From positions 10,517-74,516 of the forward strand of contig JBKHJG010000007.1 in NCBI GenBank assembly GCA_046538235.1: a stretch of DNA of 64,000 bases, written 5' to 3'. This stretch comes from Dehalococcoidia bacterium. GTDB taxonomy: Bacteria > Chloroflexota > Dehalococcoidia > GIF9 > AB-539-J10. The translations under genes and the position numbers were made by a program. The notes under the pieces are model-generated. The model did no database searches. It saw only the letters and a program-made list of their open reading frames with translations, and was not told where the DNA came from. Shown in pieces: positions 1 to 8,808 of the stretch (position 1 is its first letter; every line of letters begins with the position of its first letter).

Positions 1-2809
1 TGCGGCAGCGGGACTCCCCGTTGTTTCGTTGGAAGGCCGTGAGCCGCCCCCTATCTTCCCCGAGCTGATCGCCTGCTCCGACCGGGACGAACTGGTCTTC
101 AAGGTTGAAGCTCTCCTTGAAGATGAAGCGCGGCTGAGGGATCTGTCGGCGGCCACCCACGCCCGGTTCAGACACGGTTTCTCGGCTGCGGCACGGGCAG
201 CATTTCTTGAGAGCCTCGTCACGTCGCCCCAAAGATGGAGGGGCCTGAGCGCCGCCCAGCGTGCCGTATGTGCAGTCGGCGCCGGGGTTGAGCAGCCGCG
301 GCACCCTGGGCCTGGAGCGCCTGCGATCCAGGAACCGCGGTCAGCACCAGCAGGGGTTGAGTGTCAAGTGTTGCCCAGCGTAGATGAGCAGAGGCGGACG
401 CTGCGCTCCAACGTCTTTGAGTGTCCTCATAAATGGCGGATTCTGCATTTCGGGACCGATGTCAATGGGGAGACCGATATCGTGGCCTGCATGCGGCGGG
501 CACTCGTCCACTTGGGTCATACGGTGCTGCACATAGATTTCAGGCGACACAAGGAGATTGTCTCAAACCCGAGAGAAAGCGTGACGGGCCTCGGTCCCGT
601 GTTCATCAGCCTTCAAAGGGTGCAGCATCTCGTAGACCGCTTCCATCCGCAGATCATAATCTGCAACGCAGGCGGCCTCTGCTTTTCCGAGGAAGACAGC
701 GAGGAGCTCAGAGCTCGGGGTATCCTCCTCTTGGGAATCACGCTCTCCGACCCCGACGTCCAGCAGACGGTGATCGGGCACGCAGGGCTATTCGACTTCC
801 ATACGACGAATTCTGTGCTGGCCCTGGAGAGATACCTGGAGGCGGGCATAAACAACACACTACTGTTCCCGTTCGGGATTGACTGTGGCTATCTAACGAC
901 CGAGGTACGGCCTGCGCCGGAATTCCAGGCTGACGTCATCTGCATGGGACACGCTCTGCACCGACCGGAGCGCCAGCGAACGATGGAGAGGTTGGCACGC
1001 GAGTTCAAAGTCCGCGCCTACGGACTGGGCTGGAACCTGCCAGGCGCAGAGCGCGTGACCGGCCAGCGCATGATACAGGCGAGCAGGGCGGGCCGCATAC
1101 ACGTCAACTTCGCCAATACACTGGGGCACTATGTGAATGTGAAGGTCGGGGTTTTCGAGTCCATCGGGAACGGAGCAGTTCTTTGCACACAGAGGTTCCC
1201 GGAAATGGAGAGGTACTTCTCGTATGGAGACGAGATCGTCGGGTTTGAATCTGAGGATGATCTTTGCGCACGGATCCACGAGCTCCTGGCCGATGAGAGC
1301 CAGTACGAGAAGGTCAGGCGCCGCGCGTTTCAGCGTCTCGTCTCCGAACACCTCTATGAGCATCGATGGCGAGACGTCTTCACCAAGATCGAGACCGATA
1401 TCTGTGAGGAACAGATGATGGTCTCGCGACATAGAGCAAGGAAGCTACAGGACACGCTCGCCGCCACCAGCGAGCGGCCGAGAAGGATAGTGGTGTCTGG
1501 CTTTTTCGGCGCCCGTAACACGGGCGACGAGCTCATCCTTCGGGCAATGATTGAGGGAGTCTCGAGCGAACGCAAGAATATTCAGTTGATTGTGGCCTCA
1601 GAACAGCCGGCAACGGTGGAACGGCTGCATGGTTGCCCCGCTTTCCAGCGTAGCGATGTTGCTGCCATGGATGCGGAGATGTCCGTGGCCAGTGCCGCGG
1701 TCCTCGGCGGGGGCGGATTGTGGCATGACTATACATTCGAGCGATCGGGAGGGCCGCTGTCAATATTCAGTGACACCGTGATTTCTCTGGCGGGATTCGG
1801 CAAGCTGCTCATACTGGCCGGAATCTATGGCCGGCCCGCCCACGTCTTCGGTATAGGCGTGGGGCCGCTGAGCAATCCGCAGGCGAAGCAGCTGTTAAGG
1901 CTCTTGGCGGAGACAGCGCAGACCATAGCAGTGCGCGACCAGGAGTCGAAAGACTTGCTGGAGATGATCGAGAGCTGGCGCGTGCCGGTAACATATGTGC
2001 CCGACATGGTCTACTCCCTGAACCTGGGCAACCCCCGAGCACCTGCTGCTATCCGGGAGATCGAAAGCCAGTGCCCCATTATAGCGGTCAACCTGAGGCC
2101 CTGGCCTACGGGGAAGCAGGCCGTTGAGGAGCGTGTCGCACAGGCGCTTGAGGTTGTGGCGCGTCTCCATGATTGCGCACTCGTGGGAATACCGATGCAG
2201 GCCAAGCACGACGAAGAGATCTTGAGGCGCGCCTTCGCAATGATCAGGATCCCACGGCCCAGCCTGGTTCTAGACTGGACGGAGGATCTTGAGGAGTTGG
2301 TCGGGACGATTAAGGCCAGCCGAGGCCTTCTAGCTATGCGCCTGCACGCTTGCCTACTGGGACACCGGCTGGGAGTACCTACCCTGGGCATTGCCTACGA
2401 CCCCAAAGTTGCAGGGCATTTCAAGGAGCTGGGTGTAGAGGAGCGGGCGCTACCGTATGAGGCGAGTGTAGACGACCTAGTCAGTGGACTGACGCAGTTG
2501 GTGAACTCGCAGGGGAAGCTTGAGGCGGCTGTGTGCCAGCGCGTCGCTTCTCTTGAGGAGGCAGCACGTGGAGGGGTTAGCCTGTTGGCCAGACAACTGG
2601 CCGAGGCTCCCTTGATCTGCGGTGCACTGCCGATAAGGAGAATAACCGCCGATTCCAGGGCTTGGGAGTCGATGAAGCATTCCATCGCGTACCAGCTAGG
2701 AGACACGATAATCCGGGCACTCAGCAGACCCGGCCGTGACGCTATCATCTTGCCATATCGGCTGGTTCGCTTAGCGCGCGAAGCTTCAAGAAGACGTGCT
2801 CGGCGGTAG
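1..2809 (+). CDS. 5'-truncated multidomain glycosyltransferase (GT4 C-terminus + CgeB/Glyco_trans_1_2-like domain + polysaccharide pyruvyltransferase-like domain)
   Basis: Frame is open from position 2 (AAAGLPVVS, typical GT4 end). Middle domain has VFESIGNGA...YGDEIVGF...EHLYEHRW. Then SGFFGARNTGDELIL, LGGGGLWHD, GIGVGP, AVRDQES, AMRLHA (CsaB/WcaK-like). Confidence 0.8.
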   Translation, partial: AAAGLPVVSLEGREPPPIFPELIACSDRDELVFKVEALLEDEARLRDLSAATHARFRHGFSAAARAAFLESLVTSPQRWRGLSAAQRAVCAVGAGVEQPRHPGPGAPAIQEPRSAPAGVECQVLPSVDEQRRTLRSNVFECPHKWRILHFGTDVNGETDIVACMRRALVHLGHTVLHIDFRRHKEIVSNPRESVTGLGPVFISLQRVQHLVDRFHPQIIICNAGGLCFSEEDSEELRARGILLLGITLSDPDVQQTVIGHAGLFDFHTTNSVLALERYLEAGINNTLLFPFGIDCGYLTTEVRPAPEFQADVICMGHALHRPERQRTMERLAREFKVRAYGLGWNLPGAERVTGQRMIQASRAGRIHVNFANTLGHYVNVKVGVFESIGNGAVLCTQRFPEMERYFSYGDEIVGFESEDDLCARIHELLADESQYEKVRRRAFQRLVSEHLYEHRWRDVFTKIETDICEEQMMVSRHRARKLQDTLAATSERPRRIVVSGFFGARNTGDELILRAMIEGVSSERKNIQLIVASEQPATVERLHGCPAFQRSDVAAMDAEMSVASAAVLGGGGLWHDYTFERSGGPLSIFSDTVISLAGFGKLLILAGIYGRPAHVFGIGVGPLSNPQAKQLLRLLAETAQTIAVRDQESKDLLEMIESWRVPVTYVPDMVYSLNLGNPRAPAAIREIESQCPIIAVNLRPWPTGKQAVEERVAQALEVVARLHDCALVGIPMQAKHDEEILRRAFAMIRIPRPSLVLDWTEDLEELVGTIKASRGLLAMRLHACLLGHRLGVPTLGIAYDPKVAGHFKELGVEERALPYEASVDDLVSGLTQLVNSQGKLEAAVCQRVASLEEAARGGVSLLARQLAEAPLICGALPIRRITADSRAWESMKHSIAYQLGDTIIRALSRPGRDAIILPYRLVRLAREASRRRARR

Positions 2810-2972
2810 GACGGAGGGTAGTCGTGCTGGCCTTCCTGCGCCGCGAGTGTATGCCCCTGCCGTTTTGGACCAGCCGCCTGCTCTCGATGACCAATCCATT
2901 CTCACCGTAGAGATTGGGTCATACGTGAAAGCGCTGAAAGGCGGCACGACAGCATCCATATTCAACTGGTCC

Positions 2973-3046
2973 AGCTTGTCGGGTTCACGGAGTTCACCCA
3001 CAACGGCAGGTAGTGATCAGTGATTGAGCGCTGACGTCGTCGGGAC
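2973..3046 (+). repeat. Degenerate remnants of the 9-mer and 7-mer repeats between the GT and ABC genes
   Basis: agcttgtcg-ggttcacgg-agttcac (2973-2997); agtgatc-agtgatt (3012-3025); gacgtcgtcgggac resembles the right arm of the 38-bp element. Confidence 0.4.
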
Positions 3047-3169
3047 CAAGCGGTCTGTTGGATCCACCGTGTTTGGCTGTTGCCGTGCATGTTATACTGA
3101 GGGCAGCGTGGTTTTGCGCAGGCCATTCGAATCAAGACGTGCCGCCAAGATCATGGGGGGTGTATCCCC

Positions 3170-4966
3170 ATGAACATGTTCCGTAAGGTCCTGGACCTGC
3201 TGACGCCCAAGGAGCGGCGGCTGCTGTGGGTGGTATTCGCCGGGGTGCTGACGGCAGCGTTGCTGGAGACTGCGGGCGTGGCTTCCATCCTGCCGTTCCT
3301 GACCCTGGTGGCCAGCCCGGATGCCGTTACGGATAACGCCATCGTCAGCTGGCTGTTCAACACGTTAGGGTTCACGGATGTGAACCGCTTTCTCCTCTTC
3401 CTGGGCGTGGGGGCAGTGGCGGTGCTGATCGTGAGCAACGCCCTGCGGGCGGCGGTGATGTGGGGGATGCTGCGCTTCAGCTGGGGGCGGAACCACAGCA
3501 TCTCCCGGCGGCTGCTGGCGGGGTACCTGCACAGACCGTACACCTTTTTCCTGAACGAGAACACGGCCATCCTGGGGCGCAACATACTGGGGGAGACGGG
3601 GCAGCTAGTGAACGGGATACTGGTGCCGGGGATCGAGATGCTGGCGAGGGCGGTGGTGCTGATATTCATCCTGGCGCTGCTCATCGCAGTGGACCCGGTG
3701 CTGGCGCCTGCGCTGTTCCTGTCGCTGGGGCTGGTATACGGTGCAATCTACCTGTTCGCCCGGAGGAGGCTGGGCAGGATCGGAAGTGAGCGGATCGAGG
3801 CAAACGCGGGGCGTTACAAGACGGCCAACGAGGCATTCGGCGGCATCAAGCTGGTGAAGCTGCTGGGGGCGGAGGAGGGCTTCGTGGAGCAGTACAGCCG
3901 CCACTCCTGGAGGTTCGCCACACGGACGGCAGCGGCGTCGGTGATCTCCCGCGTACCCCAGTACGCGCTGGAGACGGTGGCCTTCGGGGGGATTATGCTA
4001 ATCGTGGTATACCTGCTGGGCACGGGGGGAGACCTGGCGCAGGTGCTGCCGCTGGCAGGGCTGTTCGTGTTTGCCGGCGGGCGCATAATGCCGGCCATGC
4101 AGCACATCTTCCACGGTATGTCGCAGTTGCGGTTCAATACGGCCGTGCTGGACACGCTGCACGAGGCGTTACGGGAGAGCGGGGAGGCGGCGGGGGGCAC
4201 GGTGTCGCGCGATGTGGAGCCGCTGCCTTTCAAGGAGAGGCTGGAGCTGCAAAACACCAGCTTCCGCTATCCGGGCACGACAGAGCCGGTGATACACGGG
4301 GTGTCGGTGACGATCAAGGCGGGCTCATCGGTGGCGTTCGTGGGGACGACGGGGGCGGGCAAGACCACGATCGGGGACATCATACTGGGACTGCTGCCGC
4401 CGTCGGAGGGCAGCATGCGTGCCGACGGGGTGGAAATCACCGACGAGAACATCCACCGCTGGCAGCGCAACCTGGGCTACGTGCCGCAGGACATCTACCT
4501 GCAGGACAACACGGTGGCCTCGAACATAGCCTTCGGGACGGCGGAGAAGGATGTGGACATGGAGGCGGTGGAGCGGGCGGCGAGAATTGCCAAGATACAC
4601 GACTTCATCGTGAACGAGCTGCCGCAGGGGTACAGGACGACGGTGGGGGAGCGGGGAGTGCGGTTAAGCGGCGGCGAGCGTCAGAGGGTGGGCATCGCCC
4701 GGGCGCTGTACCACAACCCGGAGGTGCTGGTGCTGGACGAGGCGACCAGCGCGCTGGACGGGGCGACGGAGCGGGCGGTGTTCGCGGCTATAGAGAGCGT
4801 GGCCAGGGTGAAGACGCTGATCATCATCGCCCACCGTCTGAGCACGGTGCGCAACTGCGACGTCGTCTATGTGCTGGAGCACGGACGGATTGTGGCCCGG
4901 GGAACCTACGACGAGCTGATGGAGTCCAGCGCCAGGTTCCAGGAGATGGCGAAGGGGAGGGGGTGA
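3170..4966 (+). CDS. ABC transporter permease/ATPase, PglK/MsbA-like lipid-linked glycan exporter
   Basis: N-terminal TM helices; Walker A GTTGAGKT, LSGGERQR, VLVLDEATSALD, IAHRL; located in a glycan locus. Confidence 0.85.
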   Translation: MNMFRKVLDLLTPKERRLLWVVFAGVLTAALLETAGVASILPFLTLVASPDAVTDNAIVSWLFNTLGFTDVNRFLLFLGVGAVAVLIVSNALRAAVMWGMLRFSWGRNHSISRRLLAGYLHRPYTFFLNENTAILGRNILGETGQLVNGILVPGIEMLARAVVLIFILALLIAVDPVLAPALFLSLGLVYGAIYLFARRRLGRIGSERIEANAGRYKTANEAFGGIKLVKLLGAEEGFVEQYSRHSWRFATRTAAASVISRVPQYALETVAFGGIMLIVVYLLGTGGDLAQVLPLAGLFVFAGGRIMPAMQHIFHGMSQLRFNTAVLDTLHEALRESGEAAGGTVSRDVEPLPFKERLELQNTSFRYPGTTEPVIHGVSVTIKAGSSVAFVGTTGAGKTTIGDIILGLLPPSEGSMRADGVEITDENIHRWQRNLGYVPQDIYLQDNTVASNIAFGTAEKDVDMEAVERAARIAKIHDFIVNELPQGYRTTVGERGVRLSGGERQRVGIARALYHNPEVLVLDEATSALDGATERAVFAAIESVARVKTLIIIAHRLSTVRNCDVVYVLEHGRIVARGTYDELMESSARFQEMAKGRG

Positions 4967-4975
4967 GAAAGAGGG

Positions 4976-5020
4976 GAGTTTGTTGAGTTCGTTGAGTTCG
5001 CTGGGTACGCTGAGTTCAGT
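4976..5020 (+). repeat. 9-bp imperfect tandem repeat x5
   Basis: gagtttgtt gagttcgtt gagttcgct gggtacgct gagttcagt. Confidence 0.9.
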
Positions 5021-5021
5021 G

Positions 5022-5059
5022 GGGTTGCCACGCCCCGCCAGGTCCGGGCTCGCAATGAC
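5022..5059 (-). repeat. Palindromic extragenic element of the GTCATTGCGAG...GTGGCAAYC type
   Basis: Reverse complement reads gtcattgcgagcccggacctggcggggcgtggcaaccc; ttgc/gcaa and gccc/gggc arms pair. Confidence 0.55.
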
Positions 5060-5067
5060 ATTCGCTC

Positions 5068-5090
5068 AGTGATTGGTGAGTGGTGACTGG
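5068..5090 (+). repeat. 7-bp tandem repeat x3 (RGTGANY)
   Basis: agtgatt ggtgagt ggtgact. Confidence 0.7.
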
Positions 5091-5155
5091 CAAGCAGAGT
5101 CGTCTGCTGGAAGGCGCCCCGCGTCGCGCAGGGCTGCCGCGAGGTGTGTCCCCGG

Positions 5156-5485
5156 TCACATGCGCAACATCCCCAGCAGCTTTCGGTTCACTTCCTCTCG
5201 CGCCTGCTGGCCAAGCTCCCCAAGCTCGCCCACAACCAGGTCCTTCAAGACGGTGGCAACCTTGTCGAGTCTGATGAGGGAGTCTACCTTCAACCCCGTC
5301 TTGCCGAAGCCGGCATCTTGCTCGCCCAGCAGAACACCGGTCTCGGAAGCTACTGCTGGCACCCTCGATGATATGAACGCCACGACAATGTCTTCGCCAC
5401 CTTCGTAGATTACCAGGGCCGGTCTAAGCTTGGCCGCCGTCAGGTCTGTGAACGGAAACGGGACGAGCACTATCTTGCCCTTCAT
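5156..5485 (-). CDS. PemK/MazF family toxin
   Basis: GKIVLVPFPFTDL...KLRPALVI, VVAFISS, TGLKVDSLIRLDKVATV; overlaps upstream gene (ATGA). Confidence 0.9.
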   Translation of the reverse strand: MKGKIVLVPFPFTDLTAAKLRPALVIYEGGEDIVVAFISSRVPAVASETGVLLGEQDAGFGKTGLKVDSLIRLDKVATVLKDLVVGELGELGQQAREEVNRKLLGMLRM

Positions 5486-5673
5486 CTGTAGCGGACCTTC
5501 AGGTCTTCGACCTTGTAGACATCCGGCTCCCTCTCAAGGAAAGCCGACAGCGATGTCTCTGCCAGCCTCATCATCCAGGCAGTCTCTCTCTCGCTCAATA
5601 GCTCATCTATCTTCCTTGACATTCGAACTATCTGCTGCTTCAGATCTCTGACCTCGGCTTCTATGTTCATCAT
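5482..5673 (-). CDS. Putative antitoxin partner of the PemK-like toxin
   Basis: 63 aa; AGGAGG RBS at 5681-5686 before ATG 5673; C-terminus AETSLSAFLEREPDVY...DLKVRYR; coupled to the toxin. Confidence 0.7.
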   Translation of the reverse strand: MMNIEAEVRDLKQQIVRMSRKIDELLSERETAWMMRLAETSLSAFLEREPDVYKVEDLKVRYR

Positions 5674-5772
5674 GATCGTTCCTCCTGCCCAGAGCTTTGC
5701 CCTCAGCACCGGCCACCTGTGGACAGTGTAGGTTCTGCAGCTGGATTAGTCAAGGGCGGGCGGGGTGATGAG

Positions 5773-5807
5773 GACCAGTGACCAGTGACTAGTGACTGGT
5801 CACTGGT
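5773..5807. repeat. 7-bp repeat x5 forming a perfect 13-bp inverted repeat
   Basis: accagtgaccagt (5774-5786), loop gactagtg, actggtcactggt (5795-5807). Confidence 0.9.
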
Positions 5808-5809
5808 GG

Positions 5810-5992
5810 CTACCTGCCGCGGGCGATGATCTCCACGATCTTCTGCGCAGCATGGCCGTCGCCGAAGACGTTGCCCTGCTCTCCCTTTGGTTCAAACTGC
5901 CTGACAGCGTCGATGATCCTGTCTCTGTCCGACCCGACCAGGGTGTTCCAGCCATCCTCCACGGTCTCGGGCCAGCCGGTGGCGTCGTCCAG
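5810..5992 (-). pseudogene. Start-less C-terminal fragment (60 codons) of a second UDP-GlcNAc 2-epimerase
   Basis: Manual translation LDDATGWPETVEDGWNTLVGSDRDRIIDAVRQFEPKGEQGNVFGDGHAAQKIVEIIARGR* matches the WecB C-terminus (TEWPET..G.N.LVG...GDGHAA). Confidence 0.85.
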
Positions 5993-6025
5993 TTTGTTGA
6001 GTTTATTCGGTTTGCTGGGTTTGCT
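5990..6025 (+). repeat. 9-bp repeat x4 overlapping the wecB stop codon
   Basis: cagtttgtt gagtttatt cggtttgct gggtttgct; encodes the QQTQQTE* tail of WecB. Confidence 0.85.
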
Positions 6026-7217
6026 GGGAGAGAATGCCTACAATCCTCTCCGCGGCCTTGCCGTCCCAGAGGTCGGGACAGCTTCCCGCCTTGCCTTTGC
6101 CATTGAGGATCTTGAAGGCCTCGGCAACGATTGTTTCAGTCCGGTTCCAGACGAGGGTGTTCGTGCCTGCGGTTATGGTTATGGGCCTTTCAGTGGTGTC
6201 GCGCAGGGTGAGGCAGGGTATACCGAGCACGGTAGTCTCCTCTTGAATTCCACCGGAATCGGTCATCACGAACCTGGCATTCATCTCGAGATTGAGGAAG
6301 TCGAGGTAACCGAGGGGCGGGATGAGGAGGAGGCGTTCATTGAGTTTGTTGAGTTCCTTGGGTTTATTGAGTTCAGTGAGTTTCTCGCGTTCCGCTAATG
6401 GCGCGAGGGCAGCATCAGGGAGGAGGCCGAATTCCTGGAGCTTCTTCTGGGTGCGGGGGTGGGCGGGAAAGAGCACAGGGACTGATTCAGATATCTTCCT
6501 GACGGCGCTCATGATGCAGGCCAGGCTGTGCCTGTCGTCTACGTTGGAGGGGCGGTGCAGCGTCAGCAGGGCGTAACCACGCACAGGCAGACCCAGCCTC
6601 TCCAGGATGTCCGACTTCTCGGCCAGGGGCTTGTTGTAGAGGAGGCTGTCTATCATCACGTTTCCGACGAAGAATATCTTCTGGTCCGGAATGCCTTCTC
6701 TCCTCAGATTCTCATCGGCGTCCGGTGAGGGAGTGAAGAGAAGATCGGAGACCTGGTCAGTGAGAAGCCTGTTTATCTCCTCGGGCATCGCGCGATCGCC
6801 GGAGCGGAGTCCGGCTTCCACATGGGCCACAGGCAGATGCAACTTGACGGCGGCCAGGGCGGCGGCCAGGGTGGAGTTGACGTCGCCCACCACGACGACA
6901 AGGTCGGGACGCTCATCCAGCAGCACCTTCTCCAACTCGATCATCACCTTGCCCGTCTGCTGGGCATGGCTGCCCGAACCAACCCCCAGATAGATGTCGG
7001 GTCTGGGCAGGGCCAGGTCCTGGAAGAAGACCTGGGACATCTCGTAGTCATAGTGCTGGCCGGTGTGGACGAGGAGGGGGTGGATGCGTTCGTTGGGTTT
7101 GTTGGGTTCCTTGGGTTGCTTGAGTTCGTTGAGTTTGTTGTGCTCAGCTATCGCCCTGAGAATGGGAGCGATCTTCATGAAGTTGGGTCGGGCGCCGCAG
7201 ACCAGGGCTGCTTTCAT
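6003..7217 (-). CDS. wecB: UDP-N-acetylglucosamine 2-epimerase (non-hydrolysing) with two repeat-derived loop insertions
   Basis: GARPNFMK, HTGQHYD, VVGDVNST, HVEAGLRS, PEEINR, TDSGGIQEE; start MKAAL at 7217. Confidence 0.95.
   Translation of the reverse strand: MKAALVCGARPNFMKIAPILRAIAEHNKLNELKQPKEPNKPNERIHPLLVHTGQHYDYEMSQVFFQDLALPRPDIYLGVGSGSHAQQTGKVMIELEKVLLDERPDLVVVVGDVNSTLAAALAAVKLHLPVAHVEAGLRSGDRAMPEEINRLLTDQVSDLLFTPSPDADENLRREGIPDQKIFFVGNVMIDSLLYNKPLAEKSDILERLGLPVRGYALLTLHRPSNVDDRHSLACIMSAVRKISESVPVLFPAHPRTQKKLQEFGLLPDAALAPLAEREKLTELNKPKELNKLNERLLLIPPLGYLDFLNLEMNARFVMTDSGGIQEETTVLGIPCLTLRDTTERPITITAGTNTLVWNRTETIVAEAFKILNGKGKAGSCPDLWDGKAAERIVGILSQQTQQTE
6333..6386 (+). repeat. 9-bp repeat x6, in frame inside wecB
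   Basis: gcgttcatt gagtttgtt gagttcctt gggtttatt gagttcagt gagtttctc = EKLTELNKPKELNKLNER. Confidence 0.9.
7086..7139 (+). repeat. 9-bp repeat x6, in frame inside wecB
   Basis: gcgttcgtt gggtttgtt gggttcctt gggttgctt gagttcgtt gagtttgtt = NKLNELKQPKEPNKPNER. Confidence 0.9.
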
Positions 7218-7227
7218 CGTGGACGGT

Positions 7228-7236
7228 ATTATAGCA
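7228..7236 (-). promoter_or_regulatory. Extended -10 (TGcTATAAT) 10 nt before the wecB ATG; probable leaderless/short-leader start
   Basis: Minus strand reads gctgctataataccgtccacgATG; no SD sequence. Confidence 0.55.
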
Positions 7237-7242
7237 GCAAAC

Positions 7243-7323
7243 ATGTTTGTTGCGTTCATTGGGTTTGCTGGGTTTATCGAGTTCGTTGGGTTCGTTGGGT
7301 TTATTGGGCCTATTGGGTTTGTT
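7243..7323 (+). repeat. 9-bp repeat x9
   Basis: atgtttgtt gcgttcatt gggtttgct gggtttatc gagttcgtt gggttcgtt gggtttatt gggcctatt gggtttgtt. Confidence 0.95.
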
Positions 7324-7332
7324 GGGGCGGGG

Positions 7333-8643
7333 CTATTCGCCCAGGCGGACTATGTTGTCGCCCCGGAGCCCCCGGGTCACGCCACGGGTATCGAAGACCA
7401 GGCTTGCGCGGGCCGTTATGTCGGCGATATCGTAGCAGCTATGGTCGGCGGCTATGACCACGCAGTCGGCGGAGGCCAGGCGTTGGCCATCCAGCGCCAC
7501 CGATTCCATGTCGCCTGCCGGCACATGAATGCGGGGGACATAAGGGTCATTGTAGCTGACATCGGCCCCCTTCTCGCACAGAAGCTGGACCATCTTGAGG
7601 GCCGGGGACTCCCTGGTATCGGCCACGTCCTTCTTGTAGGCCACCCCGAGGACCAGGACCCTCGCGCCGTGGAGGCTCTTGCCCCTGGCGCTCAACGCTT
7701 CGATAATGCGGGAAACGACGTGGTAGGGCATATGCTCGTTGACCTCGGCGGCCAGCTCGATGAACCTGGTGTGGAAGTCGAGTTCGCGGGCCTTGTTGGC
7801 CAGGTAGTAGGGGTCGAGCGGGATGCAGTGTCCGCCCACGCCGGGTCCGGGATAGAAGGGCATGTAGCCGAAGGGCTTGGTGGAAGCCGCATCGATGACC
7901 TCCCAGGCGCTGAGCCCCATCCTCTCACAGAGGTGGGCCAGCTCGTTGACCAGGGCGATGTTGACGCTGCGGAAGACATTCTCAAAGATCTTGGTCATCT
8001 CGGCCGCCTCCGGGCAGGAGACGGGGAGCACGCTGCCGGCGACCTGCGAGTAGAGGAGCCGGGCCAGGTGGGTGGAGGCGGAGTCCATGCCGCCCACGAT
8101 CTTGGGCGTGTTGGTGATGTTGTAGTCCCTGCTGCCGGGGTCGACCCGCTCCGGCGAGTAGGCCAGGTAGAAATCGGCTCCGCAGCGGAGTCCCGATTCC
8201 TCCAGGGCGGGCAGGACCACCTGCCTGGTGGTGCCGGGATAGGTGGTGCTCTCCAGGACGACCAGCTGCCCGGGGCGTAAGTGCCTGGAGATCTCGCGGG
8301 ACTCGTGAATGACGTAGGAGAGGTCGGGGTCCTTGGTGGGGGTGAGGGGGGTGGGGACGCAGATGCAGATGGCATCGGCCTCTGCCAGGCGGGCCTGGTC
8401 GGTGGTGGCCTCCAGGAGTCCCTTGCTCACGACTGCGGCCAGGCTATCGCCGGAGACGTCGGCGATATAGGACTCTCCCCGGTTGACCGAGTCCACGTTG
8501 TTCTGCCGGATATCGAATCCCAGCACCCTGAAGCCGGCCGCGGCGAAGGCGACCGCCAGCGGCAGCCCCACATAGCCAATGCCGACTATGCCCACTACGG
8601 CGGACCGGTCCTCGATCTTCTGTTCCAGTGCCGGCAAGGTCAT
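7333..8643 (-). CDS. Nucleotide-sugar dehydrogenase (UDP-GlcNAc/ManNAc 6-dehydrogenase family)
   Basis: GIGYVGLP, ICVPTP, LESTTYPGTT, SPERVDPG, GPGVGGHCIP, LGVAYKKD. Confidence 0.95.
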   Translation of the reverse strand: MTLPALEQKIEDRSAVVGIVGIGYVGLPLAVAFAAAGFRVLGFDIRQNNVDSVNRGESYIADVSGDSLAAVVSKGLLEATTDQARLAEADAICICVPTPLTPTKDPDLSYVIHESREISRHLRPGQLVVLESTTYPGTTRQVVLPALEESGLRCGADFYLAYSPERVDPGSRDYNITNTPKIVGGMDSASTHLARLLYSQVAGSVLPVSCPEAAEMTKIFENVFRSVNIALVNELAHLCERMGLSAWEVIDAASTKPFGYMPFYPGPGVGGHCIPLDPYYLANKARELDFHTRFIELAAEVNEHMPYHVVSRIIEALSARGKSLHGARVLVLGVAYKKDVADTRESPALKMVQLLCEKGADVSYNDPYVPRIHVPAGDMESVALDGQRLASADCVVIAADHSCYDIADITARASLVFDTRGVTRGLRGDNIVRLGE

Positions 8644-8673
8644 TTCTCTTGCGCTACAAGTTTAGCATAGGTC

Positions 8674-8754
8674 GGGGCTATTGGGTTGGTTGGGTTCGTT
8701 GGGTTCGTTGGGTTTGTTGAGTTCATTGAGTTTGTTGGGTTGCTTGCCTTTGTG
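8674..8754 (+). repeat. 9-bp repeat x8-9
   Basis: ggggctatt gggttggtt gggttcgtt gggttcgtt gggtttgtt gagttcatt gagtttgtt gggttgctt gcctttgtg. Confidence 0.95.
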
Positions 8755-8808
8755 GGCTGCCAGTTCGCGCCGGCGCAGGCAGGAGAACACTTCATGCCAG
8801 AGGGAGCG

